From Raillietiella orientalis (taxonomy: Eukaryota): a stretch of 64,000 nt of DNA. Below are positions 1-13,379 of the stretch, piece after piece. The stretch is taken from NCBI GenBank assembly GCA_036172245.1, contig JAYWIR010000017.1:1116001-1180000 (forward strand), given 5' to 3'. A model generated the notes under the pieces. The model was not told where the DNA came from. It did no database searches and was given only the letters and a program-made list of their open reading frames with translations. Made by a program: the position numbers and the translations under genes. The first letter of the stretch is position 1; every line of letters starts with the position of its first letter.

Positions 1-404
1 GAAAGAAAGAAAGAAAACTCTAGTTTCTCTTCGTGAACCTTCCAGTCTCCAAGAATCAAGCAGTGCGGGTATGCAGTGATGGCTAGTCTTGAGCGTTCAG
101 ATTTGGCCCCTGATCGTTTCCATGCTCATTCTGGCATTCGAGCCCATCCTTCAGCTGGCAAGCTGATTATGGAAAACGCACGCGATTTGCCTGACTCCGT
201 GCCTGTGCCGAATTGGACAAATTCCATCCAGCCTTTGCTTCTTTTAGGTATGACTGGGGAGACAGTTGCGCTCCTGTCTTGTGTGACTCGAAGAAGTCTT
301 GTGACTCCGTCCAGCAAGCCCAGTACGGAGAGCTGGATGTCCGTCACCTTGGAGATATCATTCTTTTTGTTTCGGTTCTTTAAGAACCTCCTTAGGTGGG
401 CTCA

Positions 405-780
405 AAAAGCTCCTCAAACACTGTCCACGTCGCCCGAGAGCGCGTGCAACTCTTCAAGTTATAGGGGCTAACCCCAGAAGCACCACCCTATGAATCCAGG
501 AAAGCTCCAGAGGAACCCCGAAGTACCCCTTTATTCCTAGAAGGACTCCAGAGGGGGTCAACTTCCAATTCTCGGCCTGTCAAGGGGGTCGTTCTGTTTT
601 CCGGCTTCCACCAGTGCCGCATCTGAAGCCCATGGACGAACCAGCGTCATCCTAAGGGGGGAGGGGGAACTCTAAACCCAAGACGCCCCCATTTCTCGGA
701 GTCCATGCTTTCCCCGGGTGGGATTCGAACCCGCAATGATACCACTCACGGAGACCACAGCCGCTCGGCCGCCAATGAGC
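405..780 (-). mobile_element. tRNA-derived SINE, copy A (internally deleted)
   Basis: Minus strand begins TGGCGGCCGAGCGG (A box) ... GGTTCGAATCCC (B box); body blocks (GGAAGTTGACC, CCTGGATTCATAGGGTGG, TAACTTGAAGAG) are shared with copies at 18.5, 30.4, 34.8 and 43.3 kb. Confidence 0.8.
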
Positions 781-799
781 TCGTGTGTACGGTGGCTAT

Positions 800-3700
800 G
801 GAGATTATTCTTCAGGCACCAACACGCGGCCCGTCTCACTTGGACTCTAGTGCGTCCTTGAAAGTCGCCATTCAAAAGTATCTTGCAAAAAACGGAGAGC
901 GTTTCCACATTGCTTAAGATGTTGCCATCGGGAAGCTCCCGTATCTTCCACCGTACAAAGGACGTTTGAACAGATTGTGCAGCGTCGCAACCTCGAACTG
1001 AAGTTGAAATAAATGACTGAGTGAAATGAAGCAGTAAAGAGGAAGTAAACCTCAGCAAAGTTTGGATTCTCCTTTCAGGTATCCAAGAAACCTCTGAAAG
1101 AGACGAAGGAAGAAGCGGGCAATATGTGTGTGTTTTAATGATATATCTGTTATTTATCTGAATTTCTTGAGGCACGCAAGCTTCACTCCGAGGTCTTCCC
1201 ACACGGGAAAAAATGAGTGCGAGCCGGAAGCCATGAATCATGCATTGTCTTTCATACGCAACAGATTTATGAATGAGTGATTTTGGAACAGCCAGGAGCT
1301 GAAACATTGATTTTCCGGAGGAACCGTGAAGATCGACCTTTACATAGCAAATGCAATGGTAACAGATCTCCTCCTTACTTTCATCAGCGAATGTCGTGTG
1401 TGAACTTCGTTTCCTCTTCCCTACTGCTGGGAATAACTCGTACTTGGCGTTTACCTATTCAATCCCGAAGAAGCATCACAAACTGCAAAGAAGAAAAAAA
1501 GAGAAACACTAATACCTTCTAAATTTGCCATTTATGAATGTCAACCGGTAGGGAATGAATTGCTGACCAGGGAATCCATAAACAGCCCTTGCTAATTGCG
1601 CAAGATTTTGCTTCCTATGCCTTATGAGAGCTCTATTTTGCTCTTGCCTACAGACACGAGTAAAAATAGAGCTGAATGTTGTTCGGTTATGTGTATTTAC
1701 AGGTGTGAGCCATGTGATGACTTAGTAGATGGAAAAAAGAGAAAGTAATCTGGATGCACTTACCTTGCCTGCCCAATGAGGAAGCGCTTTGATCTCTTGC
1801 AGCTAAGATAAGTAGCAGAAGCGAAACAAAACACATTTTCAGACAGGTTTCACTAAGGTTTAAAGATCACACTGCAGTCCTGGAATAGGGAGAGAAGTTA
1901 CAGCAGATGCATATTGGGGTGCGTAAAGAGAAATCAGTGCACATCGTCAATAACCCCATACAGTACGCAGAAAACTTTGGGGACATCTTGCAAAGTTTTG
2001 AGTTTGTTCTTGAAACATATTAACAAACTGAAGTTCCTTGAAGGAACGCATCTTCAAGTTTTCTTTATGGCAGGCAGGATTCGATTCGTTCGTGGTGGAC
2101 GCTTCCTGTCCAGGAAGAATTTGATTTCACTTTCAAACAGCAGCCTGAGGTTCTGTTCTTTTTACGGCCACATATGTTGCCGAAAATCATATGCAGTTTC
2201 CGAACCCTGTAGGAACGAAAACTCATTGATGAGCAGAGGGAAGTTTCCCCTGAATCAAGTCCTCGTGATCGCAAAAGTTTCAGTGTGCATGGGGTCAAAA
2301 TGTAACAGTCAGGTTTCATGAAATCAACAACATGTTCCCAATTTGTTCCATATTCATGTGATCCATGATCATGCAAGATAGCATCAACTCTCTGTCATGT
2401 ATTATGTCATATAGGATGGGAATGCAAAGCCAAAAAAAAAAATGCACCTTGGATACTCAAAAGATACAAATTCATATCGTATATTGAGAATTATTTTGGA
2501 ATGCTTGAGAATATTTCAATCGGATGAATGAAAGCTGCTCGTTTGAAATTTAGGTTATTCGAAAATCATGTTTAGGTCCACCGAGATTTCGAAAGTACCA
2601 CTCTGCTCGAAGCACTCTGATTTCAAAACGAGATGGTTTTCAGGCAACTTGTCAACCGTAAATCGGACATTACAGCAGCAACAACAACAACAAAAAAAAA
2701 AAAACCAGTGGGATATCCTCATGGACGCAGTTCACAATTTCACGGAGCAGAGAACCGAATGTCTCTGGACTCATCACTTTCCTTTCCTCTTGCTCGGTTT
2801 CCGGCGAAGAGATTGCTCACGAGGTGAAACCACAGACCACATTTCTAGGAACCGACAGCTTTGCATTGCTATATATTCTAACGATTTCCCGGCAGCAAAT
2901 CTTTAAACGAATAGAGACTTTGTGAACTGTCAAGAATGCGCATGCGGGAATTGCTGCTCAGGAGGAAAAGGGCAAAAAATATATACATATATAGTAAAAA
3001 AAAAAAAAAAATAGGAAGGTAAAAATAAAGAGGGGGTGAAGTCCAGAGCTGGTGCACTTTAAATGAATGTTCAATTCCTCAGTGTTTACTTTCAGAGTTG
3101 ACTATCAAGGCTGATCATCTCTCAGAATTGACGCTCCTATTCATTGGATGCCATTTCGTTCCTTCGCAGAGCACTTTTCAGATAGCCCAGATGGACAGGA
3201 ACGGAGAAGTTCCTCGTGCTTGCTTTCCGTGGATTAATCATGGGAAGCTGTGCTCGAACTTTGCCTTCCTTGCATCTTCCCTTTCCAGGGGAAACCACCC
3301 GTGCGAAATGCTCTGAGCCTCCCGACTTTGGGTAGCGGAAGACATCTCCGAAGTCTTCTTGCACACCTAGAGAACCGAGCGGACGTAAAACTTCCATGTG
3401 GAACGTTTCTTCTCATCTTCCGTTTTACCCTTTGAGGATGGATTCCGATCTTGCGCGTAGTGCTGACGACTGGTGCATGGAACTTGCGCGCTTTCCTAGA
3501 AGACACGAAAGAAAGCCCACTGATTCGTTTATCAAATAATTTGCTTGCTCTCTGAACTCCGAAAAGACAGGGTTATGAGAGAAGATAAGAAAGTGGCTGA
3601 AGGATGGCAAATGGAAAACTTCAAGAGCACGTGGCACGTGGCACAAATCTCTAATTGCATGCCATCGTGACAGGAGAGAAAATAAATAAATAAATAAAAA

Positions 3701-5150
3701 AGCAACTTCCGATATTGCTCTCCAGGTTTGCCAGGCTCTCAAGCATGTACCAAGAGATCGAATCACCAGACTTCGGACTATTAATGAAAGCTCGCAAAAG
3801 GAAAGCATGACCTGTTTCATTGGAAGAAGGGGGTTGTTTGCTTCAGGGTGAGAAGTTATAAAACCGATGCCGAAGTGCTGCTGCGCAGGGATGCAGAAAT
3901 AGAGCGGACTGCATGTTGATTTTCGTCCAATGTCCCTTCTATTCGTTTGTGTTTTACGTGGGTTTCTCATTAACAGACGTCGTATTTTGAGAGGGTCGTT
4001 AACGGAAATCAGTAATCAAAGGGGGACTCTCTCCCGATTGAAGAAAGCACTAACCCATCACGGAAATCACCATCAAGAAGTTTATGACCTGTAAACCATC
4101 TCCTATGGATGCTTTAATACCGGTCGGTTTTTCGGAAGAACTTTCGACAGTCACGTCGGTGACACCCACAGAGGGGTGCTGTATTCTTGGAATCGCAGAC
4201 TGGATGCAACTGGGAACATGCAACAAAGTGTGGTGAAGATATCTTACTGGACTCCACCAACCTTCCCTCTGCTAAAATGCTTACAGGCTTCAGGTCTTTC
4301 ATTCCTCTCGGTTTCCAAGCATATACGTGACTTCTTTCTGCCTAGTCGTCGTACAACCCATCTCTTGGAAACGCATCTTGAGCTGAAAAGCGTAAAGCAA
4401 AACAGAAACCAGTGAAAAATCCATTAGATGCTCTCGGTCCTCTTCAGAAAGCATTGATCTTCCCTGATAGATGCTTTCTTCATTATCGGAATTTCCGTTC
4501 AGCTCTATTCTGATGGAAATCCTTTTGGCTTTTTCCGTTTTCAGCGCTTTCCTTCCAGCTGTTTTTTTTGGTCCGCCAAGTACTAAAGAACCGCCTCGGA
4601 AGAGAACCATAAAGGGATTCCTCCAAATTTCTATGAGGGTGCGTCCCTCGAAGGGAGCAGCGCGCCTCTTACACTCCGAGAAGCTCGTACACATGTGTTA
4701 ATCGTTAGCTGCAAGTCCTGCCTTCCGTGGGGTGAAAAACTCGCATCCCTCAGATTCTACACTGGACCGATTGTGAAAACTAGAGATTCTTTTTTTCTTT
4801 TTTTTTTCCAGAGCTTCTCAACCGTGCTTTCGATGTCGGGAAGTCCGTGCAGCATATCAATAGGCGGAAGCAAATGATGGCCCAATAAAATCGATGGGTT
4901 TCCTTCTTGTTTCAAAGTACGAATCCTTTATTTTCCGAAGACGACTGATAATCTGGCGTTAAGCGAGCACGTGAAATCCTCGCTTCGGTAGTGCGGAGCC
5001 GCTGCTGAGCAAAAGGTTCCACAAACCATTTAAGCAGAACGGATATCTTGGCTTCTGAAGCCTTTTACTTCCTCGTCAATGATTTGCATGTCAACTACTT
5101 TTGGATTCGGATCGGTTTCCATGTTGTTTTAAACTATGCCTGAATGCACT
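800..5150 (-). mobile_element. Decayed L1/Tx1-like non-LTR retrotransposon ORF2 (RT, thumb, C-terminal zinc finger)
   Basis: Co-oriented frameshifted motifs in the expected order: KDLKPVSIL...KI (RT start, ~4300), FRYPKSGG (thumb, ~3330), NWEHVVDFMK..LRSRGL (~2300), RSEAC..E..HTYCP (zf-RVT-like, ~1150). May be more than one element. Confidence 0.55.
4600..4685 (-). mobile_element. Internal fragment of the tRNA-derived SINE
   Basis: CTCCAAATTTCTATGAGGGTGCGTCCCTCGAAGGGAGCAGCGCGCCTCTTACACTC aligns with 30660-30720 and 34870-34930. Confidence 0.6.
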
Positions 5151-5749
5151 GCACATCAGAAATGTCAAGGAATGGAAGCCAAAAAGAAAAAAAAAGAGAG
5201 AGAGAAGGAAAGAATCCAATAGCGATATAAAAACGTGAGATCAGTTACTAGCACTGAATTCATTTTTTTTCCCCTTTATGTATGTGTTTTGTTCTGTTTT
5301 CTTTGGCTAACTGGAAGAAATTTTAAAACTTGGCGCGATGAGTCTGATTTCAAGTGTGACTATTTTCGTAAAGTCCACTTCGCTCCCTCACTCTTTTGAA
5401 ATAACCATTTTTGGAAATACATTGCAGAGAAATGGAAGGAAGGAGAGGGAAGAGGGGGAGGTGAAGGAGAAAAATAAACAGGAGAAATAAAAAACACTGC
5501 TGATGTGTACGCAGCCGTGAGGAGATCTGTGCTGGAAACGAAATTAGATTGCAAGCCTGCACGGGTTTCGTTATGCCCTATCATGCATAGGAAGGACACT
5601 CATTTAGAGTGCATGTACACTCACCATTGTCAATCTTGTCGATAAGCAGCCAATGTACCCTCGAGACGAACGATATTTTCTCATGTAATCCCCGGGTCCG
5701 ACAAGCAGTGAGGTCGAGTCTACTGTCGGCAGATCTTTGACATAAAGCT

Positions 5750-6800
5750 CAACAGGTCTGGACAAACTTTTAACAGTGTTTGAGCAACACTTGCGTAACA
5801 CTTCACTTTGGCATTCCAGTCCACACTAAGGGTCACATTCCGGTGCTCCGTCCGAACTCGGTGCGCCCTCTAGATCGTCACCTTAGGGAGCGTCCTGACA
5901 TCGGTGCTGCTTTGCACCCATCAGGTCACCTGCAGTTTACGCAGCAAGTACCCGAGTCTCCGTGCAGGCACCTTTCCGCAGTTGCGGATGCCGATCTCCA
6001 TCAGCAGTCCAAGCATGATCTCCTTTTCTGGAACATTCATCCTCCGGATGAGCTTCCACCTTCTCATCACGACACTGGTGATGAAGAAGGCTAAGGTCGC
6101 CCTTACCATGGGGTTGTACGCCGGGACCACCTCATTTCAAGGAAGAGTCGACTTAGGATCTCTGTTGGGAATATCTTCCGCAGGTCTGACACCTTCGAAC
6201 GCCTTTCCGGTCGTTGACCAGCGTCCGGCAGGAGAACATATGGGTCCTACGCTCCTCACACGCTTCGCAGGAATCGTCCCGACTTCTCCCTGCGAGGAAC
6301 AGGAGGCGGATACCGCACCAGAGACCTCCATGCTAGCAAAGCAGGAGGTCGTGTGGATTGAGGCAGGTTTCGGGTGGTAAGTCCGTCCTCCAGATCCCCT
6401 TGTCAATCGCTCTACTGTCGATCTGTGTTGTGAGGAAACGGTGAGCTGCCGCTGTAGAGATTCCACCGCCGTGTTCGGTCCGGTGACGCTGCCCTTCCAG
6501 TTGGCTTCCTGGAACTTGTGCCAGTTGTCTCCTCCTTTCCCTAGTTCCCTCTTCAGGTTGGTCGTTCTGACTCTCATATTCGTCATTCATGGCAACAGCC
6601 TCATCGCTGGCGATTTCCATCCGGAGCGAATTGTGCGCAGAGTCCAATCTTCAGATGTAGTCCCTGGTGAATCTATTACACTGTGTTCCACTACAGTGTG
6701 ACCGGAATCATCAGGACCAATCCTTCGTCCCAGAACTCCTTGCTTGTGGACAATACTCTCCGTCCGACAACACACCGTTGGTGTTTACCAGCTGCCCAAT
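5750..6800 (-). mobile_element. L1/Tx1-like retrotransposon 3' relic (family 1)
   Basis: IWRTDLPP..HDLLLC*HGGLWCGIRL...SCEACEE..THMFSC (zf-RVT) then YNPMVRATLAFFIT...GIRNCGKVPA...LRKLQVT*; clearly homologous to 13900-14350. Confidence 0.75.
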
Positions 6801-6849
6801 TCGCGACCAGGCAGGGTCGACCGCATCCTGCTGGTCGTTCTTATAATCT

Positions 6850-7200
6850 CATAAACTATGAACTAAAAGATGCCTTAATGAGCGTTAATAAACTTCGACT
6901 TCAGGATCACCATTTCAAATACCATCTAAGGAAGCCATAACGATGGCTTAATTATTCACGGGTAAGATGTCCTTTTCAAATTTCTTGTGGTCCTCTGAGA
7001 AAACCACGATGTTGAACTCTGCAAATGCGGCAACCTTCCTCCGGAAATGCACCAACAACTGCTAAGAACCGAAAAACTGTTCTTGGGCGGGCATTGTGAA
7101 CCATCCTCAAAAGATCAGTTCATTCATTTGATGTTGAAATGCAGAGGACTCCGAGATAAGCATCTATTTGGCTTGCCGAAGAATTACTGCTTTTTTTTCT
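6850..7200 (-). mobile_element. L1/Tx1-like 3' relic (family 4, copy 1)
   Basis: A ~110 bp block is repeated at ~7060, ~8040 and ~8995; minus strand reads ELI-RMVHNA.P...GCRIC (zf-RVT-like). Confidence 0.6.
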
Positions 7201-7399
7201 TCTGTAAGCAAAAGTGCAAAGCAAAAGCAAAACATTTGATTTTTGACTGCTCTGTAGAATTGTACATCAGATATCTGGTTTTCCACTGTTCCATCCACAA
7301 TTCTATTTGAAAATATCCCCAGAATTCTCTCTCTGAACTAATTTAAGGGATTACATTCAGACATGAGCTTATGGCATTCCTCTTTATTTCGGTCTTTTC

Positions 7400-8760
7400 A
7401 ATCCATTCTCTTCAGGAACAGTTTTACATTTTCATTTTTTTTTTTTTTCTCTCAAGGGAAGGGGAAGCTGTTGGTATCGAATTTCAGGTCTCCCGTATTC
7501 TCCCGATTTTTTGCTGATACTTTAAGTAAAATCCATATTTTCCTTCAAAGCCATCTTTTTAAATCTCAGGAAAGAGACGCTCGCAGTAGCTGCAGGAGGC
7601 ACATGAGAAAGGACCATCTGAAAACAGAAAGTGAAGTAAGAAAATCATGAAAGGTTGGTTTGAGATGAGACTGGGATTAATGCACACAGGACTCTGGAAC
7701 TGTTATTGAACATCCTTCCTTGTGAAACTTCGAAGGTTTCTTCTGTATTGCGGCTGTCGCAATTAGGTCTTCCGTCGGAAAAAGCCGTTTCCTAGGAATT
7801 GTGCACATATCCTCCATAACACTGTAACCATCATTTCTGGGAAGAGTGCCGTTGAAATCAAGGTCCACCTTCAATAGGGCTTTCTTTCTTCCCACGGGAT
7901 CCGCGTCTTGCTGTTCACATTCGTATCTAAGACGACCTGGAACGAAAGGAGTGAAGTTCCCATCTCCTCAAGCCAGGAGCTGCAAGCAGCGCTACAAATC
8001 GCGACTCTTCCGTGGATTTGCGAATTGTTGATCCCGAATCGAAGAACCGAAGAACTGTTTCTGAGCAGGCATTGTGAACCAGCATTGAATGATCAGTTCA
8101 CTCACTTGATGTCGAGATGCAAAGGATGCCGAGAAGATATGAGGTTCTTTCATCTTCCGTTCATCCATGGTTTTTTCTGTTTCAAAGATTGCGGAAGGAC
8201 CAGTCATCTATCTCTGCAGCACCTCTTGATCAATCATAGCTCGAGTGACGGAGGGAGTTCACTTCATTCCCGATCCGCTGAACGGGAATAAAACGAAGTA
8301 ACTCAGTTGTCCGTTTCCATATGTTCTCATCTCCTTCCTTTGTGTTCTGATAAGCGCAGGATTCCGAAAAAACTCCAGGGAGTTTCCGAAGCGTATCTGG
8401 TAATTCTTAATCCGCAAATCGTGGCTGAACCACAGCACTTCTTGCACTTTTATCAGCTGCAGCCTCCTTGAGTTTCTCAGCGAACCGCAGAGCCGAACAT
8501 GCTTCCTTTCGTAATCATCCTGGGTGAAATTTTTTCCCGGAGGAAACGAATCCTTCCATGCTGTTCGAACTGCTGGCGGCTCCCGTGGAACGTTGTCATG
8601 AGTATGCGACGTTCCCAGAGCAGCATCAGTCGCATGCAAGTCGAGGGTCCTGCACTCCAGTGTATACACTTCAGATGGCCCAATTCTTAATAGGAATCCT
8701 TTAAGAACTAGAACCTGGGCTCTTGATTCCCACGATGGTCCAGACGTCTTGCCAGCAATT
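7400..8760 (-). mobile_element. L1/Tx1-like 3' relic (family 4, copy 2)
   Basis: Shared block at 8040-8160; upstream QEVLWFSHDLRI resembles the Tx1/L1 EPLWxNxxI motif. Confidence 0.6.
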
Positions 8761-8779
8761 TCGCACTAGTGCTGACATC

Positions 8780-11700
8780 CCTGCACTTCGAAGTCGCTAA
8801 AAGGAGACTTCATCGAAAACATTGACAAGTGGCGTGAACCGATAGAGACGCAACCCATACACATCCCCTATAGGAAGAAAGTTTCATCGAGCCACAGAAG
8901 GCTGCAAAAATTTAATTTGAAAATCAAACAAGCAACAGGTCCGAAGTTACCAGTGGATCTCAGCTTTGAGCCTGGAAGCAGCACGTTCCTTCAGTCGAAG
9001 AACCTTTTTTGAGCCGGCATTACAAACCGCCCTGGAAAGACCAGTTCATTCATCTAACGTGAAGATGAAGAGAATTCCGGGAAGATATGAGATTCGGTTC
9101 TAAGGTTTTTGGAATAGCTGGCAAAAACGTCTCATGTCCCTAACCACGCCGTTTTTCGTTCTAGAAATGAGAGATAGCATGGCATTGGAAGGCAGTTTCC
9201 ATATTTCCATCTTCCCCAAAATGAATCGTTTGAGAAAGGCATGACGGAATAGGATAAAGAGGATGCGAAAAGGAATGAATTCAATACCGCCTTGACAGAT
9301 CTCCGGAAGTACCGACAAGTAAATACTTGGATCAAATTAAAATTCACGTCATTTGGCATGTCTCAAATGATTGCAAGAAAATGACATACACGTACATATC
9401 GATGAGATCTGTACGTATACGATCCCAACAACCACCGGATCGAAGCAGGCAAGCAAACGAGAAGTTCCTTGCCAATCATCATCTTCATTCTTTTTAAAGT
9501 ACTGTTGAGTGATAAGTACTCTCTGTTTCATCAACAGTTGAGCAGATACAGGTAGCAATGAAAGAAACATCTTTGCGAGTGCTCTTTCTTCTGTGGAACT
9601 CTCCTCCACTCAGTCGTCAAAACGTATCGTCAAAGTGCCTTACAATTAAAGTCAAATTCTTCAGTGCACTGCTCAAGGATGAAGGCTGAAACTTTTGTTC
9701 AGCCAACCTGTCACGGGTTCCAGCAAAGAGAAGGAAGGAAATGGGCTCGGAAATAGAAAGCGCTCCTGCTCTTCCGACTTCGTCGTGATTTATGTGACCA
9801 ATCTTCAGAAAGCTTTCCACGTTGGGGGCGTAAGACGAGAATCCGAATCTGAGCATTCAGTTAAAAGGCCATCCCCTTTAACCCACCCGATGTTCAAAGG
9901 TAATCAAACGTTGGCTGTTGAATAATCTAAAATACTACTGTTGGAGGTTTCAGGGCGTCTTCAACAGCTGAGAAAAATAAAGTAAGACTCTTAATCTAAT
10001 TAACTCCCTAAACACGCAAAGAAAGACGAATTCGTGTTTATCTTGCTTACTGGATCCTACAAATGGGATCCAAATCTTAAGATTCCTTTCCAAGGTTTTC
10101 CGAAAATGTACACAGAGAGATAAGAAGATGAAAACTCATTCGTTGAGAAGCCGTGCTAATAAAGAACCAGATCAAGAGATTTTTGAATATACACAAGAAA
10201 AGATTTAAGAGAGCATTACTTTGCCTCCCAAGTAAATAACAGTGAAATTTACTTCCTCCAAAGGGAAATCAGAGTGCCTCCTTTATTTGCTTTCTTGCGT
10301 CGGGTGCTTTTGTGAGACTGTGGAAATCACAACATGGAGATCTCCGAATCGGATTTTGTGAGTTGTGTTATCAGAACCCTCATGAACAGCGTCCCTTTCC
10401 TTCCGCCTCCAGGATCCTTGATTTACAATCATTCCATACAAGAGCAGAGATGAAATCAAACGTGGGTTCTCTGTCTCTGAGGAATTGTCATGGTGACAGT
10501 ATTTTTGGAGGTGTCAAGACTAGATGACACACCTGACCCAGTGCTGCAAAATTTATAGCCTGTAGAATCATTCCTCGATCTTATAGGTCAGAATTCACTT
10601 GATTTATGGTGGTGCTGGCATCGATTCTCTCACGTATTGACCGCTCAGAGAAAGGCAGAAGCAGAATGTGAGCGCAGAAGTCAGCCTTCAGTCAGAGCAA
10701 AGAGCCCACAGTTCAAATTCATTTGCGCCCACTTACATCAACGTGGGCCACCTTAGTGCAAATCCGATTCGAGATGAACAGAAAAGAAGTTCTGTATCTG
10801 AGATTTTACTTTGAACGCTGGAAGTTTCAGCGAACCATCTTCTCAAGCCAATTGGAGATTCCACGCAGAGGACAGGCAGCAGTTTCGCTACTTTGGATAA
10901 AATCATTGGGTTTAGTCGTAAAGGAAAAATGCTGCATGATGTTAAATCTAATGTTGAATCAGATGATTCTTGAAACTTTCCATCTTTCTTATACGAAAAA
11001 AATCCTTCGCATTGTCTTGCATGATTTCCTGTTCCTGCACGTCATCGAAAAAGATCATTCTTCCAAAGCTTAATCAAAATAGCAGTAATGCAGAGCGCTG
11101 TTTGAATTACATCAGTCTCTGATATCGTTTCTGGATATCTTAGATCTCCTAGGTAGCTTTGGATTTATAGCACTTTGCGGATTGCTTCTCCTTCCGTGAC
11201 TATCAGAGACGAGACTACCCGTTTCCATGCCACACGCACTCTAATAAAACCGCTCATTAAGAGGGATCTGCTAAGAGCAAAGTATTCATAATTAGTTGTA
11301 GTACCAGTGATGCTCACCTCGTTTTGGTTACCACCATTACGAGTAGATGGGGGGTAAGTCCCAGAAAATAATTTCTACACAACACTTGGTCCACAAGCAT
11401 CTTGTGCATTAGGGCGGCCTTCCGTTTCGCTCCGTCCATCAATGTGAATGCAGACTGATCTCTTTTCGCTGTTCGAAGTTTCCGTTTACCACTAACTTTC
11501 GCCAATTCTTGAATACTTCACGAAACACACAAAGCTTCTCTCAACGCTTCTCGCGCACATTGATGGGATGGCAAACTCTTCACAAACCACAATTTCTCTG
11601 TGCCACACGTGGGAATTGCTGCAACCACGGGGGAAGATGTTAAGAATGCTTTTCGGTCCCAATGAAACTCGCTAACCATTTGACTGGAGCGCAAAGCAAA

Positions 11701-11950
11701 ACGAAAGGTTCAGTGCAACGAGGACTCTCTATAAGCTACTCACTCGAGAAGTAGCAAAGAACTCATGTGGTGCGACTTTTTTTCTATAGAAAGGGAAATT
11801 CTTTGAAATCCTTGCTGGGAACGGTGGATAGTGTGGTATTTTTCCATCTAAAATCCCAACCTGGCATACTCTGAAGAGCCATGAACGTGTCCAAAATTCT
11901 TAAGAGACATTCAACTAAGAACGAAATGAAAGTTGACCGTCGATGCTCAG
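8780..11950 (-). mobile_element. Long decayed L1/Tx1-like ORF2 (family 4, copy 3)
   Basis: Shared block at ~8995-9100; further 5' are faint remnants in order: APE-like (DTFMALQ ~11880, LNIFP ~11635), RT start (*PI..N..GYK ~10570), thumb (ERALAKMFLS ~9580). Confidence 0.5.
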
Positions 11951-12249
11951 TTTCACCATGATTACGTGTGCCAAACTTTGTTTCCCAAAATTTCCTTCAC
12001 TGAATTGCAGACGCAGCAGCGAATAGCATCTAAAAATCATTAATCGTAACACCCTTGTATTCTTGAAGTCATCAATATCACACGAATCACCCTTGGTATG
12101 GAAAATGAGATAAAAAAGGAAAGGAACAAGAGATGCCGGTTAGTATTGATTTCTTGTCAGCATATTCAGAAAAGTCCAGGAAAACCAAAACGATCATCGT
12201 TACTGCTAGGAACTCACAAACTTTTAATCCCACAGGATTAAGAACCAAA

Positions 12250-12560
12250 CCAGTAATGGTGCTTGCAAAGACTGCGCCCTAACTTCGCTGAAATGAGGAG
12301 AAAACAAGGACCTGCTAGGGCACGTAACCTTGAGAGCCGAAAATCCCGGACAAAGGATTAAGAACAAGTTGAAACCTAAAAATGGAACAAACCTTATTGA
12401 ATGGAACCAAACGCAGCTGGAAGACGCAGCAAAGAGGTGTCATTTCTGTGATGGGAATGAATTACATATGGATCACATCTTATTCACTTTCTCTTTCTCT
12501 AATGTTAATCTCGGACGTCACTGATTACTTCAGAATGCTCTCCGATTCCCCACTTTCATC
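12250..12560 (+). mobile_element. Possible LINE C-terminal zinc-finger relic
   Basis: KRCHFCDGNELHMDHILF fits CxxC..E..H.xF of zf-RVT; only one motif seen. Confidence 0.35.
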
Positions 12561-13379
12561 CTGTCCGACTTGGTTCTAAGCGGCCTTCCGGATTTAGCCC
12601 ATCGCTGAATGCAGATGATTAGCATCTGAGAAAATAAGATGTTCTTGGGGGGAAAAAAAACTAGCAAATACCAGGAGACTAGTTCACGTGTGTTACGTCT
12701 GCCTAGACGAGCTGTAGGTAAATCAGACTTGGAATGAATGTACTATCTGTTACTGACGACTTCGACACAGATCTCTAAAAATTGCTACTCATCCCTTCCT
12801 TACAGTTACATAAGTGAAGTTCTTGCTAAAAATCACGAAGGCCTTTCCTCACAAAAGACTCGATTTCAAGCGAAAGACTCACCTGTTTTTCCATCACTTA
12901 ATTTCTTTGTAGCTCTTCAAACCTGCAGATTAAATGCTGTCTTTCTCGTCAAACGGATGTCATGGAATACCGCACTGTCGTGACCCTACGACCGCTTCTG
13001 GCACACTAACAATAAGCACAGAAAAAGGAAAAAGATTATGCAGCCTTCACACTTTGGAATGAGAGTTTCAGAACAAGATTTCTCCTTTTCGAACAAGTGG
13101 ATCTTCTAGAGATGAACGGAGTGGTTGGTGGGAAAATTCTTCCTGGTGGCATTGAAATAGGCAGCAAGTGAACAGGCAAATCAACTTCCCACTAACGTTT
13201 CTGCTCTTCTGGATTTTTTTTTTTTTTTTTCCGATGAAGCCAGGCGTACGTATTATGCAAAAGAATTTCGGGGAATAAAACAAAAAAGAATCGGAACATG
13301 TTGCCTAGATACTTTCCCACTAGCTTACGAATTCAGAAATGTTCTCCTTGCACTCACGGCAACTTCTGCAACTCACCGC

